Under the pieces are notes generated by a model, which was not told where the DNA came from, ran no database searches, and worked only from the letters and a program-made list of their open reading frames with translations. The translations under genes were made by a program, and so were the position numbers. Positions 27,859 to 40,223 of a stretch of 64,000 bases of DNA are shown here, in pieces (positions within the stretch are counted from its first letter, which is position 1; each line of letters starts with the position of its first letter). Where the stretch lies: positions 120,156,001 to 120,220,000 of the forward strand of contig OZ024745.1 of the NCBI GenBank assembly GCA_964016885.1, read 5' to 3'. This DNA is from Eledone cirrhosa. Lineage: Eukaryota.

Positions 27859-28397
27859 TATATACATATATATATACAATTGTTAGAACGGTATTTGTTC
27901 CAGTTCTCTACTCTCTGAGTTCAAATCCCCTGAGGTCAACTTTGCTATTTATTCATTCAAGGTCAATAAAAAAGGTACCAGTTAGTACTGGGTTAGATCT
28001 TTCCCTTATATCTCTTTCTCGCTTGCATTCTTTCACTCACTCTCAATTCCTCTTTTGAAGAAATATGGTATTTTCAGACCTACAGAGGAGATGTGTTCTT
28101 CAAGGTTTTAAAATGCTCTAGAAACTTTGTATATCAATAGGGCAACATTACGATTCTCTCGGAAGTTACGGAATCATACATACATGTATGTGTGTATGTA
28201 TGGTCCCATAACTCCTGATAGAGTCGTAGGGCGCCATATTGATATACGGTATTTCTTGGGCATATTAAGCCACGCGGAGCTCATCCTTCTCCAGGCCTGA
28301 CTACAGTAGATTTCTTCTAGAGAAGGATAGAAAGTGAGAGAAAGGAAGGGAGGAAGAGATATAGAGGAAGAATCAATCCCAGTACTAGATAAGAAAT

Positions 28398-29210
28398 GCA
28401 TAATCTATAAGCTAAGCCCCCATATTAACTGTAAAACTAGAAACATAGTATATAGCATAAGATGTACTGAAGGACAATGTAAAGATAAAAATATAGTGTA
28501 CATAGATGAGACAGCTCGTAGTATAGGAGAACGATTAAATGAACACTGGCGAGAGCTTCAAGATAGAAAAGAATCATCAATACTCCACCAACATGCTAAA
28601 ATAGAACATAAGAGCAAATTAGAGAACAGAAATAAAAATAAAATCTACACACAGAAAAGACGCAATGTTTAGACAAATCACAGAAGAAATAAAGATAAAT
28701 GAACTCCAACCAAAATGAAATAGAAAACATGGATGGAATAGCAACATCACAACTTACAATTAAGGACAAAATGAAAAGACACACACATAGAACAAACAAC
28801 CAACCAGTAACATGTAAATAAACAAATAAATAAACAAATAAAAACACACACAGACACCCGGATGTAACACATGCGCAAACTAAGAACACAACACACACAA
28901 AAACAAGATGGCGTAGGATAGAACAAAGGAGAGGCACAAAACAAAGAAAATAATCCACAGTCACTGAAGAGGTCACAGAATTTGTGACGAAAGAACTTTG
29001 ACAATATATGAACAACCGTCCGGTTGTGGAACCAACCAACCGGAAATTTATAAATTTTTAAATTCATAATTTAATTTATAATAAATTGGAGTGGAAGCAA
29101 CTGGTGCGTGTGTTTCTTATTGGCAACATGACCCTCCCAAAGTATAACAATATCGGTTTCAACACACGTTTTCAGATAAAGAATATTGCTAAACAAATTC
29201 AGAATAGAAA
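28398..29210 (+). mobile_element. 5'-truncated Neptune-like PLE (GIY-YIG fragment plus pLTR)
   Basis: INCKTRNIVYSIRC...VYIDETARSIGERLNEH...HQHA matches the PLE GIY-YIG pattern. The downstream UTR carries an HHR. Confidence 0.8.
28960..29002 (+). ncRNA. Hammerhead ribozyme motif
   Basis: gtca CTGAAGA g gtcaca gaatt tgtgac GAAA gaac TT tgac. Confidence 0.7.
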
Positions 29211-29399
29211 TATATATATATATATACGTATATATATATAGGAAGAGAGTCAGGACAACTAGTTCCGAACTAGGTGTCAGACATATATTCACACAAATAG
29301 ACATAAATTCTAGCTGTCCACACTCACAGACACATACATTCACACAAACACACATAATACCCTTCCTTTCTTTTACACACACACACTTCACTTACGCAG

Positions 29400-29988
29400 G
29401 CAGCAGACTTAAAGAGAGAGGAGTAGCATGAGGTAGTCAAACTACTCCTCTCTCTTTAGGTGTTGTAACAGAATTGCAGAAATTTATATGTAGAAGAAAA
29501 CTGTACCAAAGGAACCGTTTTGTTTTACTTAGTAGGAGTTAGGCTTAATTCACCGTTCGGAATAACTCCACCACCTGGCTCTTTGGTGTATTTAATGGGG
29601 TTTATTCTGTTGCAAGTATTCGGATTTGAAGAGAACGGTTTACTTCCACCATCATACAATCTATATATTATATTACTAAAATCCTGTGAATGCTTGCTTG
29701 CTTGTCTGTAATGTAATGCAGCCAAAAGGCCACATAATAGGAAAATACTTTGAAAGGAAGTTGACCCGGAAATGGGAATACAAATGGAATAAAACAAGTT
29801 TCGCGTGAATCGAAGCCGGGTTCCCGAGATATGGGTTTTTTCCGGATACCTTCATAAACAAAGAGAGGGAGAGAAGGATAGAGAGAAAAAGCTAGTGGTT
29901 GTGAGAGAGATGATTGAAAGAGAGACATAGAGAGAGAGGGAGAGGAGACAGAGAAGGAGAATGGAAGAGAGAGAGCTGGTGGTGTTGT

Positions 29989-29990
<2 letters not shown>
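29400..29990. mobile_element. Unclassified dispersed repeat (rearranged inverted copy at 37080-37935)
   Basis: Several blocks match the reverse complement of 37300-37935. Both copies contain a gagagaggagtag...ctactcctctctc hairpin. Confidence 0.65.
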
Positions 29991-30071
<81 letters not shown>

Positions 30072-30249
30072 GTATGTGTGTGTGTGTGTGTGTATATACA
30101 AACACACACATTCATATATATATATACACACAGACGTATTTATATGGGCCTTCCAGCTTCATTTCCCATTATATACATGCCCGTGTATATTTTAATTATT
30201 TAAAAATTATATTTAAGTGAACATGATTTTTAAAAAAATATTTTGAAGT

Positions 30250-30277
30250 GTGCGTTACCCGGTCACGGGTGGTCTAG
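30250..30277 (+). mobile_element. Helitron-like 3' terminus
   Basis: acccg-gtca-cgggt hairpin followed by ggtCTAG|T. Confidence 0.45.
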
Positions 30278-30779
30278 TGTCATATAAAATCAATTAAGAA
30301 AATTATTTGTCCTGAATTAATTGAATAATTAAGAAAATTCATAAGAAAAAAAAAATGGGAAATATATTCTCGGAACAGAATTCCACAAAAACTCACGAAA
30401 ATGAAAGAATCGATTGGCATGACTGATTGATGACTTACTTTTGGATGTCATCGATCCATTTTGTAGAAGGCGATTAGCCCTATATAGAAACCAATAAATC
30501 TAACTCTGCTGAAATAGATTAGTTATCGTCATACTAATATTGGCTCAGACTGGCCTGCTTCCTGGGTTAGAAACATTGAATGAGGTTAATAATTAAAAGC
30601 CAATCTGTTGTATAAATTCCTCGCTTTGTGAGAAACTCAGAGAATAAAAAACACCCCTCAATGTATTCATTGCCTCGATACAGTGGAATTGATAAACCTC
30701 AAGCATCTTTATTGGGAGAACAGAACAGAGAAGGAGTATAAAAAAGACCCACACTAATGTAATAAATTCGTAATATGAT

Positions 30780-30885
30780 CGGCTTGTCTCCCCACAGCCA
30801 CGACGGACAGAAGACGTTTCCCCGGAGGACGGCAAGGGACACGCGCTGTTAAAGCCATTCCAACTCGCGGGGTTCACACCTTAGC
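30780..30885 (-). mobile_element. CRE-type LINE 3' fragment
   Basis: Homologous to 62660-62750 (C-terminal EPRELEWL...). Confidence 0.55.
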
Positions 30886-31436
30886 TGGTCTTTCCTAGTA
30901 TCAGATGCGATAAATATTCCATTCGCGAAGTGTCCTCATGAATGAGTCACAACTTATAAATGACAGCAGTCTAAATCAATCATGAGGCCCGCCAAGCTTT
31001 CTGAATGGCTCGCCTAAGCCAACTATGTGAAATCTTTCTGATTTTTTTACCCAAACTTTTCAGTCGTAATTTATATTTCTTTCATTTTTACGATCAAGGA
31101 AAACAACGTGTACGAATTTTGAAGAAACAAATCAAAACAAACTGAGTTACCGCCCTTTTTTTAATGTGGGCATCAATGTAAATTAGCGCCCAGGGCCCGC
31201 CTGATGATGAGTAGACAGGGAGATAGACAGTAATATAGACAACGACAGAATGTTAGACAGAGAGTAGACAGTAAGATAGACAATAGACAGAAGGTTAGAC
31301 AGAGAGGGGACAGTAAGATAGACAGTAGACAGAAGGTTAGACAGAGAGGGGACAGATAGATTCAAATGTAAAAGGACGGGGAGAAGTAAAGAGAAAGATA
31401 GAAATAAATGAATATGAAATACGACAGACAGATTTA

Positions 31437-32285
31437 GTGTGGATCGAGTCTGGCTTTGACCAACACCGCCCCGCCTGCTTCTGCTCCCCCTCTCAGCCCA
31501 GCAGCAGTGCCTTCCTCATCAACCGGTACCCTACTAGATGATGAGCGCACTCGTATCGGTGTAGCCCAACACCTTGGCCTCTGCGTGTGTGAGCCACATA
31601 AATGCCTCGGGGGTATTGACAAGTTCGGCATGCACCCTTTGTCTAGCCGCCAGAGCGCAGGCCGGTTCCCCCGGCACGCCGCTCTCAACGACATATTGAG
31701 AAGAAGCCTGCACGTACCCGGCTTTCCATCACAACTGGAGCCAGCAGGGCTAGACCGCAAGGATGGCAAGCGCCTCGGCGGAATCACCTTCTTTCCATTT
31801 AAAGACGCCACCCGCTGCGACACGTTCTCCGCCTCCAACTTATTCGCTTCGGCCACAAAACCCGGTACCGCAGCTCGCCTCGCAGAGGAACGGAAAATAA
31901 ACAAATACCGGAGATTGTCCGGCAGCTTCCTGTTTGCACCAGTCACCGTCGAGACCTCAGGTGTACTTGAACCCCGTACTGCCGAGCTCCTCCACAAGAT
32001 CGGAGCGTCGGTGGATGTCTGAAGAGGGAGCTCTGCGAGGTTGGGTGGCTGTTGCAGCGGGTGTCACTGGCCATCGGCCGAGGAATGCTTTTGCCATCTT
32101 GTCAGCGAGTTGCAGCACTCCTTCCCCCTTCCTCTAGGCCCAAAGGCAAATCACCCTTCCCCTTCACCCATGCCCTCTCTTCTGCGACACCAGAGTTGTT
32201 GCCCACTCCTCCCCATCCCGTTCTTTGTCTTCTTTCTTCCTCTCGTTTAATGGATGTATAAAGATTTGTGTATAAACAAAAAAAT
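31437..32285 (+). mobile_element. 5'-truncated CRE-clade RLE LINE
   Basis: RIGVAQHLGL...RHAALNDILRRSL...LEPAGLDRKDGKR...DATRCDT...AEERKINKY...PVTVETSG. Paralogue of 60351-61090. Confidence 0.8.
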
Positions 32286-32373
32286 AAAGTTATAGAGAAA
32301 TTGTAAAGGAAAGATTAGACTGTAAGAGATAAGATCTATATGCTATATATATATGTGTGTGTGTGTGTATATG

Positions 32374-32466
<93 letters not shown>

Positions 32467-34083
32467 TAAAAGACTATTTTGAGTTTCTAACTCAATATAT
32501 GATATATATATACTTAGAAACATTTAGAATGAATGAAAGACATAGAAAAGTAAACAGTAATCAGTTGAATGAAGAGGGTGGATAGAGACACCATGATATA
32601 TGGTGGGAGAGGAAGAGACAGAGTGTGGGAAGATGACACAATAGAAGATGGTGAACGATAGTCTGTTGAACAGAGATATAGGTGATCTCATCAATTAAGT
32701 TATAGAAATATCAGACAAAGGTAAAGAAAAACTATGGCTTACAGGGGCAGACAACTGTTAGAGAAATAGTGAGCAGGATAAGGAAAAAGGATAAAATAAG
32801 ACATAGAGAGAGTGGCGGAAAGCTAAAGGGAAAGGAAGAATCGACTCAATGATATATATATATAAAGAGAGAAACGCCGTAAGAGATATTAAAATGCAGA
32901 AGAGGAGGGGAGATAGATAAGGAAAGTAGAGCAAAAGCAGTCTCAGAGACATGAGAGAAAAAATAGAGATGAACTTGAGAAACAAAAATTATACGAGAAT
33001 CAGAAAGCGAGATATATAGAAAGTAACAGCTCATAAATCGAGATATTGAGTACTTCAGAGAGAGATGCGATAACAGAAAAGTGAAACATGGACTGGAGAC
33101 AGCGAGACATCAAATGATTTAATGATTTTGATTATTTTTCACGTCCTCAATTCAAATGTGTCATTCATTTTTACCCATCACATCTAGATTTACATTCAAA
33201 AAGATATATAGAGAGATTATTTATTATAGTATATTACGGAACAATATTTTAAAATACCGTTTCTAAAGTTAAAATTATCATAATATATCCATTATTTAAA
33301 ATGTGTTATCATCTACGTAATATATAATATATTTCTTTTGTTTTATATATATTTGTAATATATCGTATTTTATTAGGTTTTAAAAGGAATATTTGTATCA
33401 GCTGACAAAAATAGAAAATAACATTTGCATAATAGTACCATTTTTGAAAACATTTGTGGAATACTTTAATAGAGAGGACTCACTGATTCCGTGCAAAAAT
33501 ATCAAAGACCCAATTCACCAAATCAAAATCCCATACAAAGCAGATGATTAGAAATTGTTTTATTGATTCTGTGAAGAGAATTATAAAATGTATGAAAATT
33601 GTCATTGTATAATTGTCAATTTATACAATTTTCTATATCTATATAACATTGTGTACAACTGTCTGATACAAATGAGATCCATGAAACTCCTGCTAAACTC
33701 CTAGCATGAACACAATCAGCTTTTTTTGTCTTTATTTTTTATTGGTAATACTCAGATTTCTTTTTTGGAGTGGTTATCCAAAATATTAATATTTTTAAAG
33801 GCAATGGAATAACATGGCTTATATGTGTTGTTTTTACACAACAAAATTCTGGCCGGCTAGACTTGAGTTTTTACCAGAATTCAAAAATGCTATGACTATT
33901 CCTCTTGTAGATCAAAACAAATTATTTTACCACCATTAGACATAAAGTTACAATAGAGATGAGATGAGATGAGATGAGATTAATTACAAGTTTAACGTTT
34001 AAGATTTACAATGAATAACAAAAGAGATCAACTGGAATATCAAAGATAAAGTCACAGATAAATAGAAGTAAACATAGATACAC

Positions 34084-34380
34084 ATGTACACCAGGTCCGA
34101 ATACAGAGGAACCAAACTCCCGCTGTCACCGCCTCCATCTCTCTCGCCCTCCCCATCGCACATGTACACCAGGTCCGAATACAGAGGAGGAAGGCTCCCA
34201 CTGTCATCGCCTCCGACCCTCCGCCCTCCCCATCACATACACGTACATCAGGTCCGAATACAGAGGAGCCGAAATCCCACTGCTATCGTCTCCATCTCTC
34301 TCCCCCTCCCCATCTCTCACTATTATGAGCAAATGGGGTCCCATGCGCTGGCCGCCCCAGCCTCGGCGGACAGAATAGAG
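34084..34380 (-). mobile_element. CRE-type LINE 3' UTR fragment with ~80 bp triplication
   Basis: caggtccgaatacagagga occurs three times. Homologous to 62550-62690 and 59212-59335. Confidence 0.6.
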
Positions 34381-34879
34381 AGATAGTATAACATGCTTTG
34401 TAAAAATATTTAACATAGATAAAGGAAATTTTCAAATACCCTTTACTTAGATTTCCAACGATAACTAAAGTAGAATAGTAAAAAGATGACATTTCAGTCG
34501 CTGCATGGATTACAGAACTCTTAAAATACAACAATTCTGGAAATAATATATCTCAGCTTGACAATTTTTTTAATTTATTAAATAAAAATTTATTGGGAAT
34601 GTAAAAGCTCGAGTTTACATAACTTTTATAAAATTGAAAAGGAGACGTAAGATTTTAACGGAATATATAAGAATATAAATATAGGAGCGATTGAATTTTT
34701 ATTATTGTTTATTGTTTAACCGAGATGAACTTAGATTAAATCATTCCATCTTTTTAGACATTAAACAAGGTATATATTTTAAAGATGATTGAAGGCAATT
34801 GTAGGCACGCACATACATACATACATACATACATACATACATACATACATACATACATACATACATACATACATACATA

Positions 34880-35492
34880 ATATGAAAGAGTACTGGTGGA
34901 ATGTTCCAGTAAAAACCCCAATAAAATGCAGGCATAACAGACCAGATATTATGATATGGGACAGGGAAAAAAGGCATGCACAGTAGTGGAAGTTAGCTGT
35001 CCAGCAGACGCCAATATAATATCAAAGATTAGCGAAAAGGGGAATATTTATGCAGAACTGATGAGAAATCTGCAGATACTCCACCCTAATTATACCTTCA
35101 GATTTATGCCTGTGGTTATTGGGGCACTGGGATATGTTAGTAACTGCCTCAATACAAATCTTGAGCAGCTGTGCTAAACAGGAACAGAAAGAACACAACT
35201 AGTTAGGAAATTACAAGTACAATCCATTAATGGAACAGTAAAAATATGTAAAACATTCCAAAGATTTTGCATCTAATAACTGCATATACACATGTACAGA
35301 TACTAAGCATATACACATGCACACATACACATCCACACATACAATAATATCCATATCTACACATGCATGCAGACATGCATACATATCTACCTAGTTGATG
35401 TTGTGTAAATTCCAATGAGAGAGTCTTGTGTCTATGTTAGAAACCGACTCTCTATTGGCAAAAATTTGTGAAATTATAAAACCAGAAGAACC
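34880..35492 (+). mobile_element. 5'-truncated R4-type RLE LINE (distinct family) inside (CATA)n
   Basis: EYWWNVPVKTPIKCRHNRPDIMIWD...VVEVSCPAD...EKGNIY...PVVIGALG. (CATA)n on both sides. Confidence 0.8.
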
Positions 35493-35504
35493 TACATACA
35501 TACA

Positions 35505-36095
35505 TGGTGGCCGCCAACTCGTTTTCGAGTGCGACCACTACTTTATATCCATGTAGGAGAACACCTACCGATGCGCTGAACGTGTGTGACTTTTTAGTCC
35601 AGCCAGCAACTTGAAAACTCTGGTACAAACACTACACTTGTGACAATTATTGACACATAGTGCTGGGCCCATGGTACCATGTGACGACAAGTGCCGAGAG
35701 ATCTCCAGGTATAAAGGAATGCCTGTGCCATGAAGCTTTTATAGTGAGCAAAGGCACTGCACAAAGCCAGTCCCACTCTCTTAACCAAGATGATATTTAT
35801 CAAAAAGAAGAACAAATCATTGAATATCATCAGGGTTGCAGGTGTTATATCAGAGTTTTCCTTCTCCTAGAATTCTGCCTTGACAAAGGTTAAGGGGTCA
35901 TCTCTCCCGGTGATTTTGGATGGCCATTGACTCTTAAGAGCTCCTTTGCCCTTTGACAGGTTTTGCTTTTAGTCCTGCAGGATGTCCAAAGTCACCCTCC
36001 TCACCAAGAAACCTTGGTGGGGTTGCCAGTTTAGTCGCCAACGACCCGACCATGTGACAGGTTGTACTGGGATACATGTTACCAGTAGCACCAAC
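35505..36095 (-). mobile_element. Non-coding RTE-partner retroposon (family R), apparently full length ~590 bp
   Basis: Copies at 24658-25105 and 63446-63950. The 3' tail ctcgaaaacgagttggcggccacc(atgt)n resembles the tail of the adjacent LINE fragment. Confidence 0.7.
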
Positions 36096-36177
36096 ATACA
36101 TACATACATACATACATACATACATACATACATACATACATACATACATACATACATACATACATACATACATACAT

Positions 36178-36472
36178 AATGGCTGCAAAATCGTGTTCGA
36201 GCATTGCCATCACCCGATAAAATGCCCAAAAATGTGCGGCACGAATGTGGTTCTTTAAACCAGCCAAAGACGTGCAACTTCTGGCACATACATGGAAACT
36301 GTAGGCCTCTGGGACTTTCCATTGCCTTGTTCTGGCTGTGTGTTCTCATGTGTCTTTTAAGACCTCCCATGCTAGCACATTCCTTGCCATATTCCTTACA
36401 CCTTTTCAGATCATAATCTACATGAGGTCTACTGATATGACTTTGTTCGTGTATAGTCAAACCAGCTTTGCT
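36178..36472 (-). pseudogene. LINE (RTE-like) 3' fragment with C2H2 zinc-finger remnants
   Basis: SKAGLTIHEQSH...CKEYGKECASMGGLKRHMRTH...FPC, followed by a short tail and (ATGT)n. Confidence 0.55.
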
Positions 36473-37092
36473 CATACATACATACATACATACATACATA
36501 CATACATACATACATACATACATACATACATACATACATGATGGCTGCTCCCTCGTTATCGAGTATGGCCATTGCACTATATACCATTATTAATAATTAT
36601 TAATTAATTCTATCGTGCAATGCCTGTGCGTGAAGATATTTTTTAAAGTGTGGAAACACTTTGCACTCACATACATACATACATTTGTTTGATCACACAC
36701 ACATCATACCAGCAGAAAGATTTATTTTTCTGTTGCACGATCCAGCATTTTAAAATGGTACTCTCAATTAAATCGTGCGAAACCATTTTACAGGTTTGAG
36801 GGCTGATGAGGTTGAAGGTATGTGTGTTTGTAAACTTGTGTTGTACATCACCTTTCTTGTACATCGCCTTTCCTCTTCCCGTCAATTCTGTGTACAAACA
36901 CACTCCTCTTTGTCCTCTTTCAATCTTTTTCAATACTTCATCTGCCTGTCACGTGCTTTGTGGGTTGTCTTTCTATTGACTAGAGGCCGCTGGTCTCCCT
37001 GCTCTCAGGCATTTTAGCCTATCGCTGTCTTTGACAGCATTTAACTGCTTTCTTTGAATTCACTAGTTATAATTTCATTCAACAACACCAGT

Positions 37093-37153
<61 letters not shown>

Positions 37154-37162
37154 ATCCATTTT

Positions 37163-37262
<100 letters not shown>

Positions 37263-38352
37263 GTCTCTCTATGTCTCTCTATGTCTCTATGTCTCTCTTT
37301 CAATCTACTCTCTCACAACCACTCTTTCACTTTATCCTTCTCTCTCTATTTATGAAGGTACCCAAAAAAAAACCGCATCTCGGGAACCCCTGCTTTGATT
37401 CACGCGAAACTTGTCTTGTTCCATTTATTTTCCCATTATGTTGCATTTTTGGCTGTATTACATTACAGACAAGCAAGCAATCACTGAGTTTTAGTAATAT
37501 ATAGATTGTAAGATGAAAAAAAAAGACCCCGTCCATGATTATTTTCAGAGTTGTTGTGTTGGTGGAAGGAAACCGTTCTCTTCAAATCCGAATACTTGCA
37601 ACAGAATAAAACCCCTTAAATATACCAAAGAGCCAGGTGGTGGAGTTATTCCGAATGGTGAATTAAGCCTAACTTCCACTAAGTAAAACAAAAGGGTTCC
37701 TTTGGTACAGTTTCCTTCTATATATAAATGTTTGCGATTCTGTCACAACACAGATAGCAGACGTAAAGAAAGAAGAGTAGTTTGACTACCTCATACTACT
37801 CCTCTCTCTCTCTCTTTACGTCTGCTATTTGTATTCCCATTTCAGGGGCAACTTCCTTTCAAAGTGTTTTCTCATTATGCTCCATTTTGGCTGTATTACA
37901 ATACAGACAAGCAAGTAATCACAGACTTTTAGTAATATATATATATATATATATATTAATTAAGATTACCCTCTCTTAGACGATGGTCACGGTTTTGTGA
38001 TCAGCGAACTAACGCAAATGTCAGAAAAATAAAAGAAAAATAATAAATAATTAATATATATTATACTCCACTTTCGTATTAAGCACATTTCCTGTTGTGT
38101 AAATTGAAAAGTACGTACATATAGTACATATTATAAAGAACAGTTTTTAGAATAGCGCCCAGATAATATATTAATCGATAAAATTCCATCACGTCTATAT
38201 GTTCACATTTTTCATATTTACTAGTACTTTTGAGAATAAGAAATAAATGGAAAAATTCAACTGTGTTGGAATTTGATCGACATGTGTGTGTGTGTGTGTG
38301 TGTGTGTGTCTGTGTCTGTGCGTGTATGTGTGTGTGTGCATGAATATATGCA

Positions 38353-38385
<33 letters not shown>

Positions 38386-38554
38386 ACAAAGAAAGTGTGG
38401 TAAGATACCAGGTGGACCATAACGCACCAGAGTACTCAATACTTAGAGTAATAGAGTGGGTAATAGGAAAAGAGTCACGACCCCGACAGCTGAGCTCCGG
38501 CCGTTTCGACAGCTAGATCCACATACATATCCACACACACACACACACACACAT

Positions 38555-38593
<39 letters not shown>

Positions 38594-38726
38594 AGCAAAG
38601 GGATATTTAATTTGTTGGTAATTCAACAAATATATTTATAACAGATTCGAAGCACTCGACAAGTTTTCTGGAGTATAATATCAATGATATTAAATAAATG
38701 GAAACTATATTTATAAAACCATATTT

Positions 38727-38786
38727 ATTCTATTATATAAATTTCAAGGGTACCAAAACTTTGGTTACGCCCTCATCAGATAAAAT
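38727..38786 (-). ncRNA. Hammerhead ribozyme motif (inverted pLTR)
   Basis: attttat CTGATGA gggcgtaaccaaagttttggtaccctt GAAA tttata TA atagaat. Confidence 0.7.
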
Positions 38787-39977
38787 ACAAAATTTGTTTT
38801 ATACATAGTGGCATACCCAGGAATCAGACCTTAACGGTTCAAGTTCCGTTTGGATAGTGTGAGGAAAGAGGAAAAAAGAGGAAGAAAGGAAAACAATAAA
38901 TATTTCAAATTATTTTGATGAATGAAGTTGAAGCGTAGGGCTGAAAAAATAGTTATTTTTAGACGCTAGGTAGATTTAACTAATTATTAGGATATATATG
39001 TGGGAAGAAGAAATAGAAGCGTATATTAATATTACAGTGTACGTGGATTTAAAAATTAAAACGTTAAAAGTTAAAAGTTTGTTGAAGTGGTGGAATATCA
39101 ATCCAGAATTTAAAAAATATTTAACTAAATCATGAATTATAATATTAGATATATAATCATTCTAAATAGATTATATGAAGAATTATGGTTGTAAGTACAT
39201 TTTTATCTTATAAGAGGTTGTAAATATACAAATATCTATATTGATTAATAAATATATAAATATAAATATTATTGGTGATTATATGCTGTTATTTTTTATA
39301 GATATATAACACACGTATTAATTTGTTTACATTTCGAATATAAATTACGAAGGATGTTGCGTTTACATTTTAAATATATAGTTAAGAAAAAAGACGTAGT
39401 TCAAATTTTATAAGAGAAGAACATTTTGTACATTCAAATAGTTTCATCAAAAATTGAAAAATTAAAAATATTTACAGAAAATTATTAAGTTAGCGAAATT
39501 ACATAGAATTTAACATATAAGTTGTTATGCAGTAAAATATATTAAGATAAAATGTACTTACTACCATAATCCTTCATATAATCTAATTATAATGATTATA
39601 TATATAATATTATAACTCATGATTTAGTTGAATATTTTTTTAATTCTGGTTGATATTCCACCACTTCAACAAACTTTTAATTTTTAACGTTTTAATTTTA
39701 AATTCATTCACGAACACTGTAATATTAATATAAGCTTCTCTTTCTTCTTCCCACATATATATATATCCTAATAATTATTTAAATCTACCAAGCGTCTAAA
39801 AATAACGATTTTTTTCAGCCCTACGCTTCAACCTCATTTGCATATTCATCAAAATAATTTTAAATATATATTTTTTCCTTTCTTCCTCTTTTTTCCTCTT
39901 TGCTCTCACTATCCAAACGGAACTTGAACCGTTAAGGCCTGATGCCTGGGTATGTCACTATTTATAAAACAAATTTT

Positions 39978-40031
39978 GTTTTATCTGATGAGCGCGTACC
40001 AAAGTTACCCTTGAAATATATATACTAGAAT
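39978..40031 (+). ncRNA. Hammerhead ribozyme motif (5' pLTR)
   Basis: gttttat CTGATGA gcgcgtaccaaagttaccctt GAAA tatata TA ctagaat. Confidence 0.65.
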
Positions 40032-40223
40032 AAATATGGTTTTATAAATATAGTTTCCATTTATTAATATCATTGATATTATACTCCAAAAAACTTGTTG
40101 AGTGCTTCGAATCTGTTATAAATATATTTGTTGAATTACCAACAAATTAAATATCCGTTTGCCTTTAAATAGCTCCTTTAATGTTGAGCGCTTTAAACTA
40201 TAACAGATTGCAAAAAATTAATA

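Noticed and set aside
36178-36472. Host C2H2 zinc-finger gene exon
   Set aside because: Degenerate and frameshifted, bounded by (CATA)n, and ending in a retroposon-type tail. Better explained as a LINE 3' end.
36740-37050. Possible coding exon on the minus strand
   Set aside because: Short ORFs with no recognisable motif or convincing splice context.
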